A DNA stretch of 35,553 nucleotides from Planctomycetota bacterium (lineage in GTDB: Bacteria > Planctomycetota > Planctomycetia > JALXBF01), in the NCBI GenBank assembly GCA_026991575.1, contig JALXBF010000179.1, positions 62,001-97,553 on the forward strand, read 5' to 3'. The stretch's first letter is position 1; every line of letters begins with the position of its first letter. Made by a program: the position numbers and the translations under genes. This document shows, in pieces, positions 27,611 through 35,553 of this stretch. A model generated the notes under the pieces. The model worked only from the letters and a program-made list of their open reading frames with translations. It did no database searches and was not told the DNA's origin.

Positions 27611-27954
27611 CTTCGTCTCCACGCGATCGTCTGCGGTGGTGGTAACGGGCATTGTTTCAAGCTTTGGCCCGGTGGGACAAGCACGACGCCGCGAAGGAGC
27701 CGTTCTGGTGCCGAGACGCTCAGCGCGGCCCCTGGCCGGATCATGCCGTCGTTCACCGGCGGAAGCGGACGTCGCCGGCGCAGCCCACCCGGCATGCTCG
27801 ATCGGCCAACGGCGCAACCGGTTGACTTGCACGCTGTCTCGGGGGACACTATTTACGAACCAGATACGCTCTTTGGCAAGTCGGCTGCCGGTGTGGCGCG
27901 AGTCTGCCACAAGGGGGGTGGGACTTGTCCCTGAGAGGGAAGGAGGAGTGAGCT

Positions 27955-28443
27955 ATGGCAACGACGATCCGCAAGGTCCAGCTCTGGAAGTGTGAGGTCG
28001 AGAACCGGCCAGGTGCGCTCGATAGTGTCCTGGCGCCACTTGCCGAAGCTGGCGCCGATCTGAGCATTGTGTTTGGCTGGGTCAATCCGGCTGATCCAAG
28101 GCGGGCGACGATTGAGGTGGCGCCGATTAAGGGCAAGAAGGTAACTGCTGCTGCGCAGTCGGTCGGTCTGGCACCCGATGACGTACCGGTGCTGGTCGTA
28201 GAAGGGTTGAACCGGCCCGGCCTGGGACATCAGCTTGCCGAGGCCATTGCGGCCAAGGGGATCAACATGAGCTTTGTGGTTGCCCAGGTCGTGGGCCGCA
28301 ACTACTCGGCTGTGTTCGGCTTCCAGTCAGCAGACGATGTCACCAAAGCCGGACGGATCATCAAGAGTGTGCTGACGGCACGCAAGGGCACGAACCGCAA
28401 GGCGCGGCCGCGGAAAAAGAAGAAGGCGGTCGCGGCCCGCTAA
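27955..28443 (+). CDS. Stand-alone tandem ACT-domain protein with basic C-terminal tail
   Basis: VENRPGALDSVLAPLAEAGADL and GLNRPGLGHQLAEAIAAKGINM; strong AAGGAGGAG RBS. Confidence 0.88.
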   Translation: MATTIRKVQLWKCEVENRPGALDSVLAPLAEAGADLSIVFGWVNPADPRRATIEVAPIKGKKVTAAAQSVGLAPDDVPVLVVEGLNRPGLGHQLAEAIAAKGINMSFVVAQVVGRNYSAVFGFQSADDVTKAGRIIKSVLTARKGTNRKARPRKKKKAVAAR

Positions 28444-28520
28444 CCGTTGACGGCCTGCGGGCCAACGCTCTCGGGTAACGTGCCCCCCTGGTACTCGACC
28501 GCGCCGGCAGCCGCTTTTCA

Positions 28521-29321
28521 TCAGCCGACCAGCTCCACCGAACCTGTCACATCCAGCCTCAAGCCGTCGTATGCCGGCGAGATTCCAGCGGGGAGTTCAC
28601 GCGCGAGCTGCTCGTGATCGATCTCGTGGCAGAGATGTGTCAGCCACGCTTGCTTGGGGCTGAGCCGTTCGATCACGCTCACGGCCTCAGCTACCGACAG
28701 ATGAGTCGGGTGTGGCCGGTAGCGGAGCGCATCAAGAATCAAATGGTCGAGCCCCTGCAACAGCGACCAGCTCTCCTCCGGAATCGCACTGACGTCCGTA
28801 CAGTACGCTACCCGTCCGAACCGGAAACCGACGATCGGCCACCGGCCATGGAGCAGCCGCACCGGTAGCACTCGCAAGCCGACCACCTCAAACGGCACGC
28901 CTGCCGTGATCGGCACGATGTGAACCTTGGGGATGGCGCCGTCAGGTAATTGGCGGGCCCGTTCCTGGAACGCATACGCAAAGCTCGACCTGAGCCGGCG
29001 TCCGACGTCCGCTTCGCAGTACACCGGCACGGGACAGCCTGTGTAATGCGGGAAGATCCGGATGTCGTCAAAGCCGTAGATGTGGTCAGCGTGTGCGTGC
29101 GTGTAGAGCACCGCATGCACCCGCTCGATCCGTTCACGCAGCAATTGAATGCGCAGTTCAGGCGTAGTGTCCACGACCAGAGTGCCACGCGGGGTGCGAA
29201 CCGCGATACTGGGGCGCGTACGGTGGTTCCTGGGATCATTGGACCGACACACAGCACAGTTGCAGCCGATCACAGGCACGCCATGCGAGGTGCCGGTCCC
29301 AAGGAAGATCAGCTCCACCAT
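28521..29321 (-). CDS. MBL-fold metallo-hydrolase, PhnP-like
   Basis: FLGTGTSHGVPVIGCNCAVC, THAHADHIYGFDD, AYCTD, HPTH and LTHLCH motifs. Confidence 0.92.
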   Translation of the reverse strand: MVELIFLGTGTSHGVPVIGCNCAVCRSNDPRNHRTRPSIAVRTPRGTLVVDTTPELRIQLLRERIERVHAVLYTHAHADHIYGFDDIRIFPHYTGCPVPVYCEADVGRRLRSSFAYAFQERARQLPDGAIPKVHIVPITAGVPFEVVGLRVLPVRLLHGRWPIVGFRFGRVAYCTDVSAIPEESWSLLQGLDHLILDALRYRPHPTHLSVAEAVSVIERLSPKQAWLTHLCHEIDHEQLARELPAGISPAYDGLRLDVTGSVELVG

Positions 29322-30649
29322 CAGTTGTCCGAACCGATGTACGGCCGTTCGTGTGGGATGCGTCCCTTGAAGTCGCCGATGTTGAACCAGCCGACGTGTC
29401 GCCTGTTCAAATCCACCTCCTCAATGACCACCGTGCCCCATTCGGTCGCACGCTTCAGTACGTCCCCAGTGGGCCCCCAGATCCCAGTGATCATCCACTT
29501 TCGGGCACTGTCCGTATACGTGGCGGTTACCAGGTATACCTGGTTTTCCAGCGCGCGTGCGGCGGCCAGCCGTGGCATGCCCCCCCAGATCGGCAGCGCA
29601 ATTACTTCGGCTCCCCGATACTGGAGCTGCCGGGCCACCTCTGGAAAGTGCACATCCCAGCAGATCATGATCCCGACCTTGCCGAAGCGGGTGTCGAACA
29701 CGGGAAAGTCCTTGCCGGCGCACACCCCCTGGTTGTACTCCTCGCGAGGCAAGCACACCTTGCGGTACACGCCAACCACGTTGCCGTCCGGTCCCACCAG
29801 GGCAGCGCTGTTGTACACCAGGTGACCGGCTCGTTCGATGATAGGCACAACGATGTAGGTGTTGTACTCCTGGGCCAGCCTCGAAAAGAACTGGGTCGCC
29901 GGTCCGGGAATTGGCTCAGCAACATCGGCGTAGCTCTTGCCATGTCGGTACATGCCGTAGTAGTTGATCGCTTCGGGAAGCACGATGAGGTCCGCCCGCT
30001 GGCTGCCTGCCTGACGGACGAAGCGCGCGAACTGTTCGTAGTTGTCCTGCGGCGAGGTCGGGTTCTGGGGCCGGTAGTGTACGGCGGCCAGTCGGACGAG
30101 CCGCGGTTTGGGCGGCGGCACCTCGTCCCATCGCGGTTCGACCCACAGCACGCGCGCGTTCTCGGCCCACCGCAGTCGCAGCTCCACCAACGCTTGCTTT
30201 GCTCCGCGCGGGGCCTGATACACCGCCTCCAGTCTCACCCAGCCGTTGGCCTCCGGCTTGCCTTCAGGCACCAGGTACGATTCCCACAGGTTGCCGTCCG
30301 GTCGACGCAGCAGCCTACCCTGCTCGTCCCGGAACCAGATCTGCACCAGCGTCTGCAGTGCCGGGTGGCGCACTCCTTGCGTCTTCCGCAGGCACGAGAA
30401 ACGATAATGCTTACCGCCCTCCACACGAAACACCCGGCGCCACGCGCCGTCGAGCCCTTCTCTGTCATCGGCCACAATGGTCCAGGCCGGCTGGCCGTCC
30501 GGTCCGGCATGCGGCTCGACCCGGAACGTCGGCTTGATCTCGTCCCGGGGACTCCACGGTTGCCACTGCCGAAGGTCGCCGGCCCAGCAAACGCTGGTGC
30601 ACCAGAGCACAATGAGCTCGAGGCCGTAGAGTGAGACCGGTCGTCTCAT
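29321..30649 (-). CDS. Exported carbon-nitrogen hydrolase (nitrilase superfamily) with N-terminal beta-sandwich domain
   Basis: Catalytic triad motifs LIVLPE, YRKVCL and GIMICWDVHFPE; ARALENQVY. Start at MRRPVSLYGLELIVLWCTSVCWA (signal-like), with a GAGGA RBS. Confidence 0.88.
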   Translation of the reverse strand: MRRPVSLYGLELIVLWCTSVCWAGDLRQWQPWSPRDEIKPTFRVEPHAGPDGQPAWTIVADDREGLDGAWRRVFRVEGGKHYRFSCLRKTQGVRHPALQTLVQIWFRDEQGRLLRRPDGNLWESYLVPEGKPEANGWVRLEAVYQAPRGAKQALVELRLRWAENARVLWVEPRWDEVPPPKPRLVRLAAVHYRPQNPTSPQDNYEQFARFVRQAGSQRADLIVLPEAINYYGMYRHGKSYADVAEPIPGPATQFFSRLAQEYNTYIVVPIIERAGHLVYNSAALVGPDGNVVGVYRKVCLPREEYNQGVCAGKDFPVFDTRFGKVGIMICWDVHFPEVARQLQYRGAEVIALPIWGGMPRLAAARALENQVYLVTATYTDSARKWMITGIWGPTGDVLKRATEWGTVVIEEVDLNRRHVGWFNIGDFKGRIPHERPYIGSDN

Positions 30650-30756
30650 GACGGATCGTTCCTCACAGGTAGCTTGGCCCGGTCGGTCCTGCAGGCTTAG
30701 CAGCTTTGACGATATGATACAGAGCGCTTTGAGGGGAACTAAGGGACGGCGACCCG

Positions 30757-31950
30757 ATGTACGAGCTTGCCTGTCCGCACTGTGGTCGCGCCGTGCGCTT
30801 CGCTCGTAAGGTGACCGTGCCTGTGGATGCCCGCTGCCCGCACTGCGGTCGATCGTTCCGGGTGGTCCCCGGCGGGGCAGTCGGAACGGCCCAACCTGTG
30901 CGCAATTTTGCCAGAGAGAGGGCAAGGCAGCCGGTTGCTGTTCCTCCCCTGCTGTGGGTCGTTGGCGGCGGGCTTGTCGTTCTAAGTCTCCTGCTGGCCG
31001 GCGTTGCTCTCGTCCTGCGCCGACCCGTCACGGTTGGTTCTGAGGAGGGAGCGGGACGGGCCGCTCCGCAGCAGCCGGCCGAGGCCCATGGGGTTGCCGA
31101 GGCTGCCCCCAAGGCGGACGCGGAAATGGCGGACAACAACGAGGAAGCCGACCAGATCTGGCCGCCCCTGGACCGGGAGCATTTTCCCGGGTTGCCTGCC
31201 GAACTTGGCCCGGTCGTGCCGCCGAAGAAGCTACGCTGGTCGCTTGTTCCAGGGGCCAGCTATCTGTACGCGGGCACAATCGAGTCGTCCGCGAAGCTTT
31301 CACCCATCGACCTGGGGCGCGCAGCACGGCAGGTTCTCCAGTTCGTGGACAGGAAGGAATTCCAGATCGAGCTCCGCTGTGAGCGAAAGGACGCGAACAC
31401 GTTCCTGGTCCAGTGCCGGCTAACGCGATTGCGTGGTAGCATGCGCGGCCCCACGGGACGGCTGGAGTACGACAGCCGCGATGGGATCGGCTTTCTGCCG
31501 GCCAACGAGCCGCTGGCCAAGCTGGTGGGCCGCACCTGGCTCGTCCGCTGTAGCGCGAAAGGAGCAGTGCTGCGGCTGGAATGGCACGACGGCACCGTGA
31601 TCGATGGGCCGTTGCGCGAGGCGGTTCGCCAGGTGACGCCCATCCATCCGGTTCCTGATCCAGTTCCCGCTGTGGGGCATGAGGTCGTCGAAGTGGACGA
31701 CGGTGTTCAGCGGCGCACGAGACTGCTTGGCGCTGACCGGCACGGTTGGCTGGTGTTTGTCGCCATCGAGCAGAACCCAGCCGGCAGCGGTGACGGCCCG
31801 ACACGGAAGGTGCTGGCATTCGACGCTGACGCTGGCATCCTGCGGTCCGTTCATGTCTCCGACAGGCGTACGCGCGGCACCGGCCTGCCTCGTGTCGGCC
31901 GGTTCCGGCCGACTCTGCAGACAGTGACCCAGATCACTTTTCTGCGCTGA
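30757..31950 (+). CDS. Zinc-ribbon / single-TM / extracytoplasmic domain protein
   Basis: Two CPHCG knuckles at the N-terminus, one long hydrophobic helix (LLWVVGGGLVVLSLLLAGVALVL), a flexible linker and a beta-rich C-terminal domain. Confidence 0.75.
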   Translation: MYELACPHCGRAVRFARKVTVPVDARCPHCGRSFRVVPGGAVGTAQPVRNFARERARQPVAVPPLLWVVGGGLVVLSLLLAGVALVLRRPVTVGSEEGAGRAAPQQPAEAHGVAEAAPKADAEMADNNEEADQIWPPLDREHFPGLPAELGPVVPPKKLRWSLVPGASYLYAGTIESSAKLSPIDLGRAARQVLQFVDRKEFQIELRCERKDANTFLVQCRLTRLRGSMRGPTGRLEYDSRDGIGFLPANEPLAKLVGRTWLVRCSAKGAVLRLEWHDGTVIDGPLREAVRQVTPIHPVPDPVPAVGHEVVEVDDGVQRRTRLLGADRHGWLVFVAIEQNPAGSGDGPTRKVLAFDADAGILRSVHVSDRRTRGTGLPRVGRFRPTLQTVTQITFLR

Positions 31951-32980
31951 TCGGCCCGGACGCCATGCTGCGGGATCGCGGGGCGGTTGTCCGTCGGATG
32001 GCACCCGCTGCCGCCGCCGTGGCGCCCGGGGCCGAGGCCATTGCGACACCCGCCGCTGGCAGCCTCCGGCGTGCTCGGTGGTAAAAAGGCGTGTAGCGTA
32101 GCAAGCCAGGCAGTGCCGGAAGCTGGCTGCGAATGGCCCGGGTCGCTGCGTGGAACGCATGCGTGTAGCCGGCCGGGGTGCGGAGCCCAAGTTTGTCTCT
32201 GATCTGCGGCGGCAATGTGCAAGCCGCCCAGAAGCGCAGTGCCGGCTTCAGTGGCCTCGCCCACCAGATGTCGCCCAGCAGCGCCGCGGCCACCCGACGC
32301 GACCCCTCGGTCCCGAACCACCAGGGCCAGTCCAGACGCCGCCGGAACCAAGCAACGAAAGACCGCCAGTCTGGCGGCTGTCGCCGCGGCGTCAGTCCGA
32401 AGAAAAGGGCAAACACCTGGCCTTCCACGTACAGCCGGTGCTTGAAACCATCGTCCAGTGGGGCTACGAAATGTTCCAGCGTCCATGCGGCCGATTCGAT
32501 CAGTGTTGCGTGCACCCAGAGGATCAGTTCCGGATCCGCTGCATCGTAGCTGCGTCCGAGCTCGGCGGGGCAGTCCGGCGGCATTGGCCCGCGCACGCGG
32601 CGATGGCGACGGAACACTTCCCACGCGACCTGAATCGCTTCGTCCGCCGTCCCGAAAATGATGGTTTGCACAGCCACGAACGTGTTCCAGGCGCGGCCAA
32701 ACGGGTCACGCACGAAGCGGCTGTGCTGTAGCACGCCTTCGGCAACCGCCGGATGGGCTACTTGCATCAGCAGCGCTCGCAGCCCGCCCAAGTACAGCGC
32801 CGCTTCGCGATTTACTTGCCAGGCTACGCTCTCCGGGCCGAAGAAGCCCACCTCAGGTCGTGGGCACAGCGAGCGCAGCCGGGCCAGGTAGCTGCCAAAC
32901 CCGTCGTCGTCCAATTGGCACGGCTCTCGCTCATCCTGCCAATCCAGCCCGTTCAGAACTGCCGTCGCAATGTCCAGCAT
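31934..32980 (-). CDS. Oxygenase MpaB family protein (DUF2236)
   Basis: GFFGPESVAWQV, GGLRALLMQVAHPAVAEGV..HSRF..DPFGR, HRRVRG and YDAADPELILWVHATL motifs. Confidence 0.88.
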   Translation of the reverse strand: MLDIATAVLNGLDWQDEREPCQLDDDGFGSYLARLRSLCPRPEVGFFGPESVAWQVNREAALYLGGLRALLMQVAHPAVAEGVLQHSRFVRDPFGRAWNTFVAVQTIIFGTADEAIQVAWEVFRRHRRVRGPMPPDCPAELGRSYDAADPELILWVHATLIESAAWTLEHFVAPLDDGFKHRLYVEGQVFALFFGLTPRRQPPDWRSFVAWFRRRLDWPWWFGTEGSRRVAAALLGDIWWARPLKPALRFWAACTLPPQIRDKLGLRTPAGYTHAFHAATRAIRSQLPALPGLLRYTPFYHRARRRLPAAGVAMASAPGATAAAAGAIRRTTAPRSRSMASGPISAEK

Positions 32981-33122
32981 CGTGCGCGCTGTCGGGACAC
33001 GGTACGGGTGGCCTCACTTCCACGGCGCACCCGGGAACCAAACGCCGGCGGGCTGCATCAAAGCATTGTAAAGCAGGGGCCGATGGCTCGTTGGTGCAGG
33101 ACTCCGCGTAAGGGAAGCCGTC

Positions 33123-35318
33123 ATGGTCGGATCTTTTCGAGACACGCGCCTTGGTCTGCTGCTTGTAGGATGCCTGACCGCGCTGCTGCTCGTCTCCGGC
33201 GACCTGTTAGCCCAAGTGATCGTCTTGCCACGGCCCAGGCCCGAAGCGATCATCGAGTTTGAGTCCTTTCGATTGCATGGTCAGGTGACCAACCAGGTTG
33301 CGCGGATCTCGGCCAGTCTGACACTAACTAACCGCGGCAGTGCTCCTGCGGAGGCGGTCCTACTGTTGCCGGTTCCCCCCGGGACGACCCTCCATGGCGT
33401 AACCCTACTTGCCGACGGCCAGGAGCTGACCGGGGAACTGTTACGCAAGGAGGAGGCAACACGGGAGTACATGGAGATCGTCCGCCGCTATCGTGACCCG
33501 GCACTGGTCGAGTACGCCGACAGCGACCTGTATCGCGCGCGGATCTTCCCGATACCGCCCAAGGGCAGTAGACGGCTTGACCTGTCGTTGACGTTTGCTT
33601 GCCGCAGCGATCAGGGCCTCGTCCAGTTAGTGCTTCCCGTGCCCCGGCAAACACGGCGCTCGCTGTCGCCTCGTCAGGTACAGGTGAATCTCACGGTGAC
33701 CGACAGCCGACCGATCCGCAGCATCTTTACGACCACGCCCGGCCTAAAGACCGACGTGGATGGCAAGCATCGGGCGACGATCCGCGGCAGCTTACAGCAA
33801 CCGGCTGATGTGCTGCGCATCTACTACCGGCTGGGAGGAGAACGCATTACAGCGTGGGCGCTGAGTACGTGGCCAGCGAATGAACAGGACGGCTACTTCA
33901 TGCTCTTCTTGACACCGCCAGCCCTTCCCGAGCCGGACAGCTACCAGCCGAAGGACCTTGTGCTCGTCATTGATCGCTCCGGTTCGATGAGTGGGGAGAA
34001 GATCGAGCAGGTGCGGGAGGCGCTGGCTTTCGTGCTGCGTCGGCTGCATCCCGAGGACCGCTTCAACTTGATCTCCTATGCCGATGAGGCGCTGCCGCTC
34101 AGTGACCGCTTGCTGCCGGCGACGGAAGAGAATGTGGCGCGGGGGCTGAAGGCGGCAGAAGGGCTTGCCGCACAGGGGGGCACGAACATTTACGAAGCGT
34201 TAGACCTGGCGTTCGCGCAGCTCGAGCCTCGCGAAGACCGGCCCGGTTATGTGTTGTTCCTTACCGACGGGCGGCCCACAGTGGGCACGACCTCAGAGGG
34301 GGAAATCGCCGCTCTCGTGCGACGAAAGAGCCAAACCCGCGCGAGACTCATCTGCTTCGGCGTGGGCCACGACGTCAACAGCAGGCTGCTGGACCGCATC
34401 GCCCAGCTGGCACGGGGAACCACGATCTACGTGCCGCCAAACGAGGACCTGGAGCGGTACGTGTCTGGGTTGTATCGCACCATCGCCGCGCCAGCCCTGA
34501 CCGACGTTCGCGTGACGATCCAGGGAGTCAGCACCTCCTACGTGTACCCGAAGGACGTCCCCGATCTGTTTGCCGGGACGCAGGTCACCGTCGTGGGGAG
34601 GTATCGCGGGGAGGGGTCGGAGGTCGTTGTCAGGGTCAGCGGCAAGTACCGTGGTGACACGCAACGGTTTAGCGTGCCCGTGCGTTTCGTCGGCCCGGGC
34701 GAAGGGCTGGCCGACGCGTTCGTGGCACGCGTCTGGGCGGGGCGCCGCATCGCTTACCTGCTCGATCAGATCGAAACCAGTAGCGACCCGTCGGACGAGT
34801 TGGTTGATGAAGTGATCAGACTCGCCCGGAAATTCAACATCGTCACGCCCTACACATCGTTCCTGGCCGAAGAACCGCTGGATACGGACACCCTCCGGGC
34901 TCGCTCGCAGGTCACCGGGTTTCGGGTCCGCTCAACCGGTGCGGCTGCGTTCCGGGCACGAAGCAGCAAGAGTGCCTTGCGGGCTGCTCGCGTCGGCACC
35001 TTCGCAGGGGCTGCGGCTGTCGGCCCCCTGGGGCTGAAAGCAAGTCTTCTCGCCGCAGAGCCAGGGCCCACCGGCATCCGGAATCGGGTTTATCTAGGCG
35101 GTCGCACATTCGAGCGGCGTGGCGATGTCTGGGTGGAACTCACTCTGGCCGATGCTGACCTTAGGAAGGCCAAAGAAGTGGTTCTCTACAGCGATGCATT
35201 CTTCAGCATCATCAAGCAGCTACCGGCCCCGGTGCGGGCAGTCTTTGCCCTGGACGGGCCGGTCTACATGAGAATCGGCCAGACGGTTTACAAGTTCGTT
35301 GAGCCCAAGCAGAACTAG
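33123..35318 (+). CDS. Exported VIT + von Willebrand factor A domain protein
   Basis: Signal peptide; VIT-like N-terminus (EATREYMEIVRRYRDPALVEY, ARIFPIP); MIDAS elements DRSGSM, GGTN and FLTDG; IVTPYTSFL. Confidence 0.92.
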   Translation: MVGSFRDTRLGLLLVGCLTALLLVSGDLLAQVIVLPRPRPEAIIEFESFRLHGQVTNQVARISASLTLTNRGSAPAEAVLLLPVPPGTTLHGVTLLADGQELTGELLRKEEATREYMEIVRRYRDPALVEYADSDLYRARIFPIPPKGSRRLDLSLTFACRSDQGLVQLVLPVPRQTRRSLSPRQVQVNLTVTDSRPIRSIFTTTPGLKTDVDGKHRATIRGSLQQPADVLRIYYRLGGERITAWALSTWPANEQDGYFMLFLTPPALPEPDSYQPKDLVLVIDRSGSMSGEKIEQVREALAFVLRRLHPEDRFNLISYADEALPLSDRLLPATEENVARGLKAAEGLAAQGGTNIYEALDLAFAQLEPREDRPGYVLFLTDGRPTVGTTSEGEIAALVRRKSQTRARLICFGVGHDVNSRLLDRIAQLARGTTIYVPPNEDLERYVSGLYRTIAAPALTDVRVTIQGVSTSYVYPKDVPDLFAGTQVTVVGRYRGEGSEVVVRVSGKYRGDTQRFSVPVRFVGPGEGLADAFVARVWAGRRIAYLLDQIETSSDPSDELVDEVIRLARKFNIVTPYTSFLAEEPLDTDTLRARSQVTGFRVRSTGAAAFRARSSKSALRAARVGTFAGAAAVGPLGLKASLLAAEPGPTGIRNRVYLGGRTFERRGDVWVELTLADADLRKAKEVVLYSDAFFSIIKQLPAPVRAVFALDGPVYMRIGQTVYKFVEPKQN

Positions 35319-35338
35319 CCCAAGCTCTGGACAAACGG

Positions 35339-35415
35339 AACGCACGGGCCGACGGATCTTGTAAAAAAGATGCGTGTGCGTACCCGGTGGCCCCTGCCCG
35401 TCGCCCGTGCGTTTT
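35339..35415. terminator. Long inverted repeat between convergent genes, candidate terminator
   Basis: AACGCACGGGCCGACGG (35339-35355) pairs with CCGTCGCCCGTGCGTT (35398-35413) with one bulge. A short T run follows, and there is an internal ATCTT/AAGAT hairpin. Confidence 0.45.
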
Positions 35416-35429
35416 CTCGTGCGCTTGCC

Positions 35430-35553
35430 TTAAGGCTCGAGGTCCTGGCCAAGAAGCTGCTTGTACAAGGCTTCTACGAAGTAGTACTCCCCCCAGGCAA
35501 CCGACTCGTCAACCCCCAAGCCCTTCGGCAAGTGGTAGACACCGTGTTTGAGG
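35430..35553 (-). CDS. C-terminus of a GH88 unsaturated glucuronyl hydrolase-like protein (5' end outside the window)
   Basis: Not in the ORF track. Manual translation gives LKHGVYHLPKGLGVDESVAWGEYYFVEALYKQLLGQDLEP*, matching the GH88 terminal motif H.....gvD....WGDYyf.EAL. Confidence 0.82.
   Translation of the reverse strand, partial: LKHGVYHLPKGLGVDESVAWGEYYFVEALYKQLLGQDLEP

Noticed and set aside
27611..27910. 100-aa N-terminal extension of the nucleotidase ORF
   Set aside because: Low-complexity translation across the divergent promoter region. Family similarity and an RBS begin at 27610.
29351..30634. 427-aa antisense ORF over the nitrilase gene
   Set aside because: Same shadow-ORF artefact; the minus-strand gene has the full catalytic triad.
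1..35553. Mobile elements, prophage, defence systems, CRISPR, rRNA, recoding (Sec/Pyl, frameshifts)
   Set aside because: No transposase, integrase, phage or cas motifs were seen, and no called gene needs an in-frame stop or frameshift to be complete.

Overview
GC-rich, gene-dense bacterial chromosomal window, most likely from a Planctomycetota genome. That call rests on a LEPRxLL-like leader peptide, planctomycete-type multiheme cytochrome motifs, Tat-exported beta-helix/propeller proteins and a zinc-ribbon membrane protein. I support 24 CDS and one tRNA (anticodon CAT, Ile2-type). Two CDS run off the window edges and are absent from the supplied ORF track: a >=830 aa cytochrome with five CxxCH motifs at <1..2490 and the C-terminus of a GH88 hydrolase at 35430..>35553. 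Main blocks: (i) minus-strand Na+/solute symporter, exported Gfo/Idh/MocA oxidoreductase and multiheme cytochrome c; (ii) an atypical glycogen operon, glgA-GH57-galT-GH57, with no glgC/glgB/glgP in the window and a sigma28-like promoter; (iii) an unknown lipoprotein converging on a secreted twin-DTG aspartic protease with RTX repeats; (iv) an ArnT-like transferase, Tat-exported putative carbohydrate-active proteins around the tRNA, DUF309, an APH-like kinase, a NnrS-like membrane protein coupled to a HAL2-type nucleotidase, an ACT protein, an exported nitrilase plus MBL hydrolase, an MpaB-like oxygenase and a VIT-vWA protein. I saw no integrase, transposase, CRISPR array or rRNA. All family calls come from motifs recognised by eye; no searches were run.
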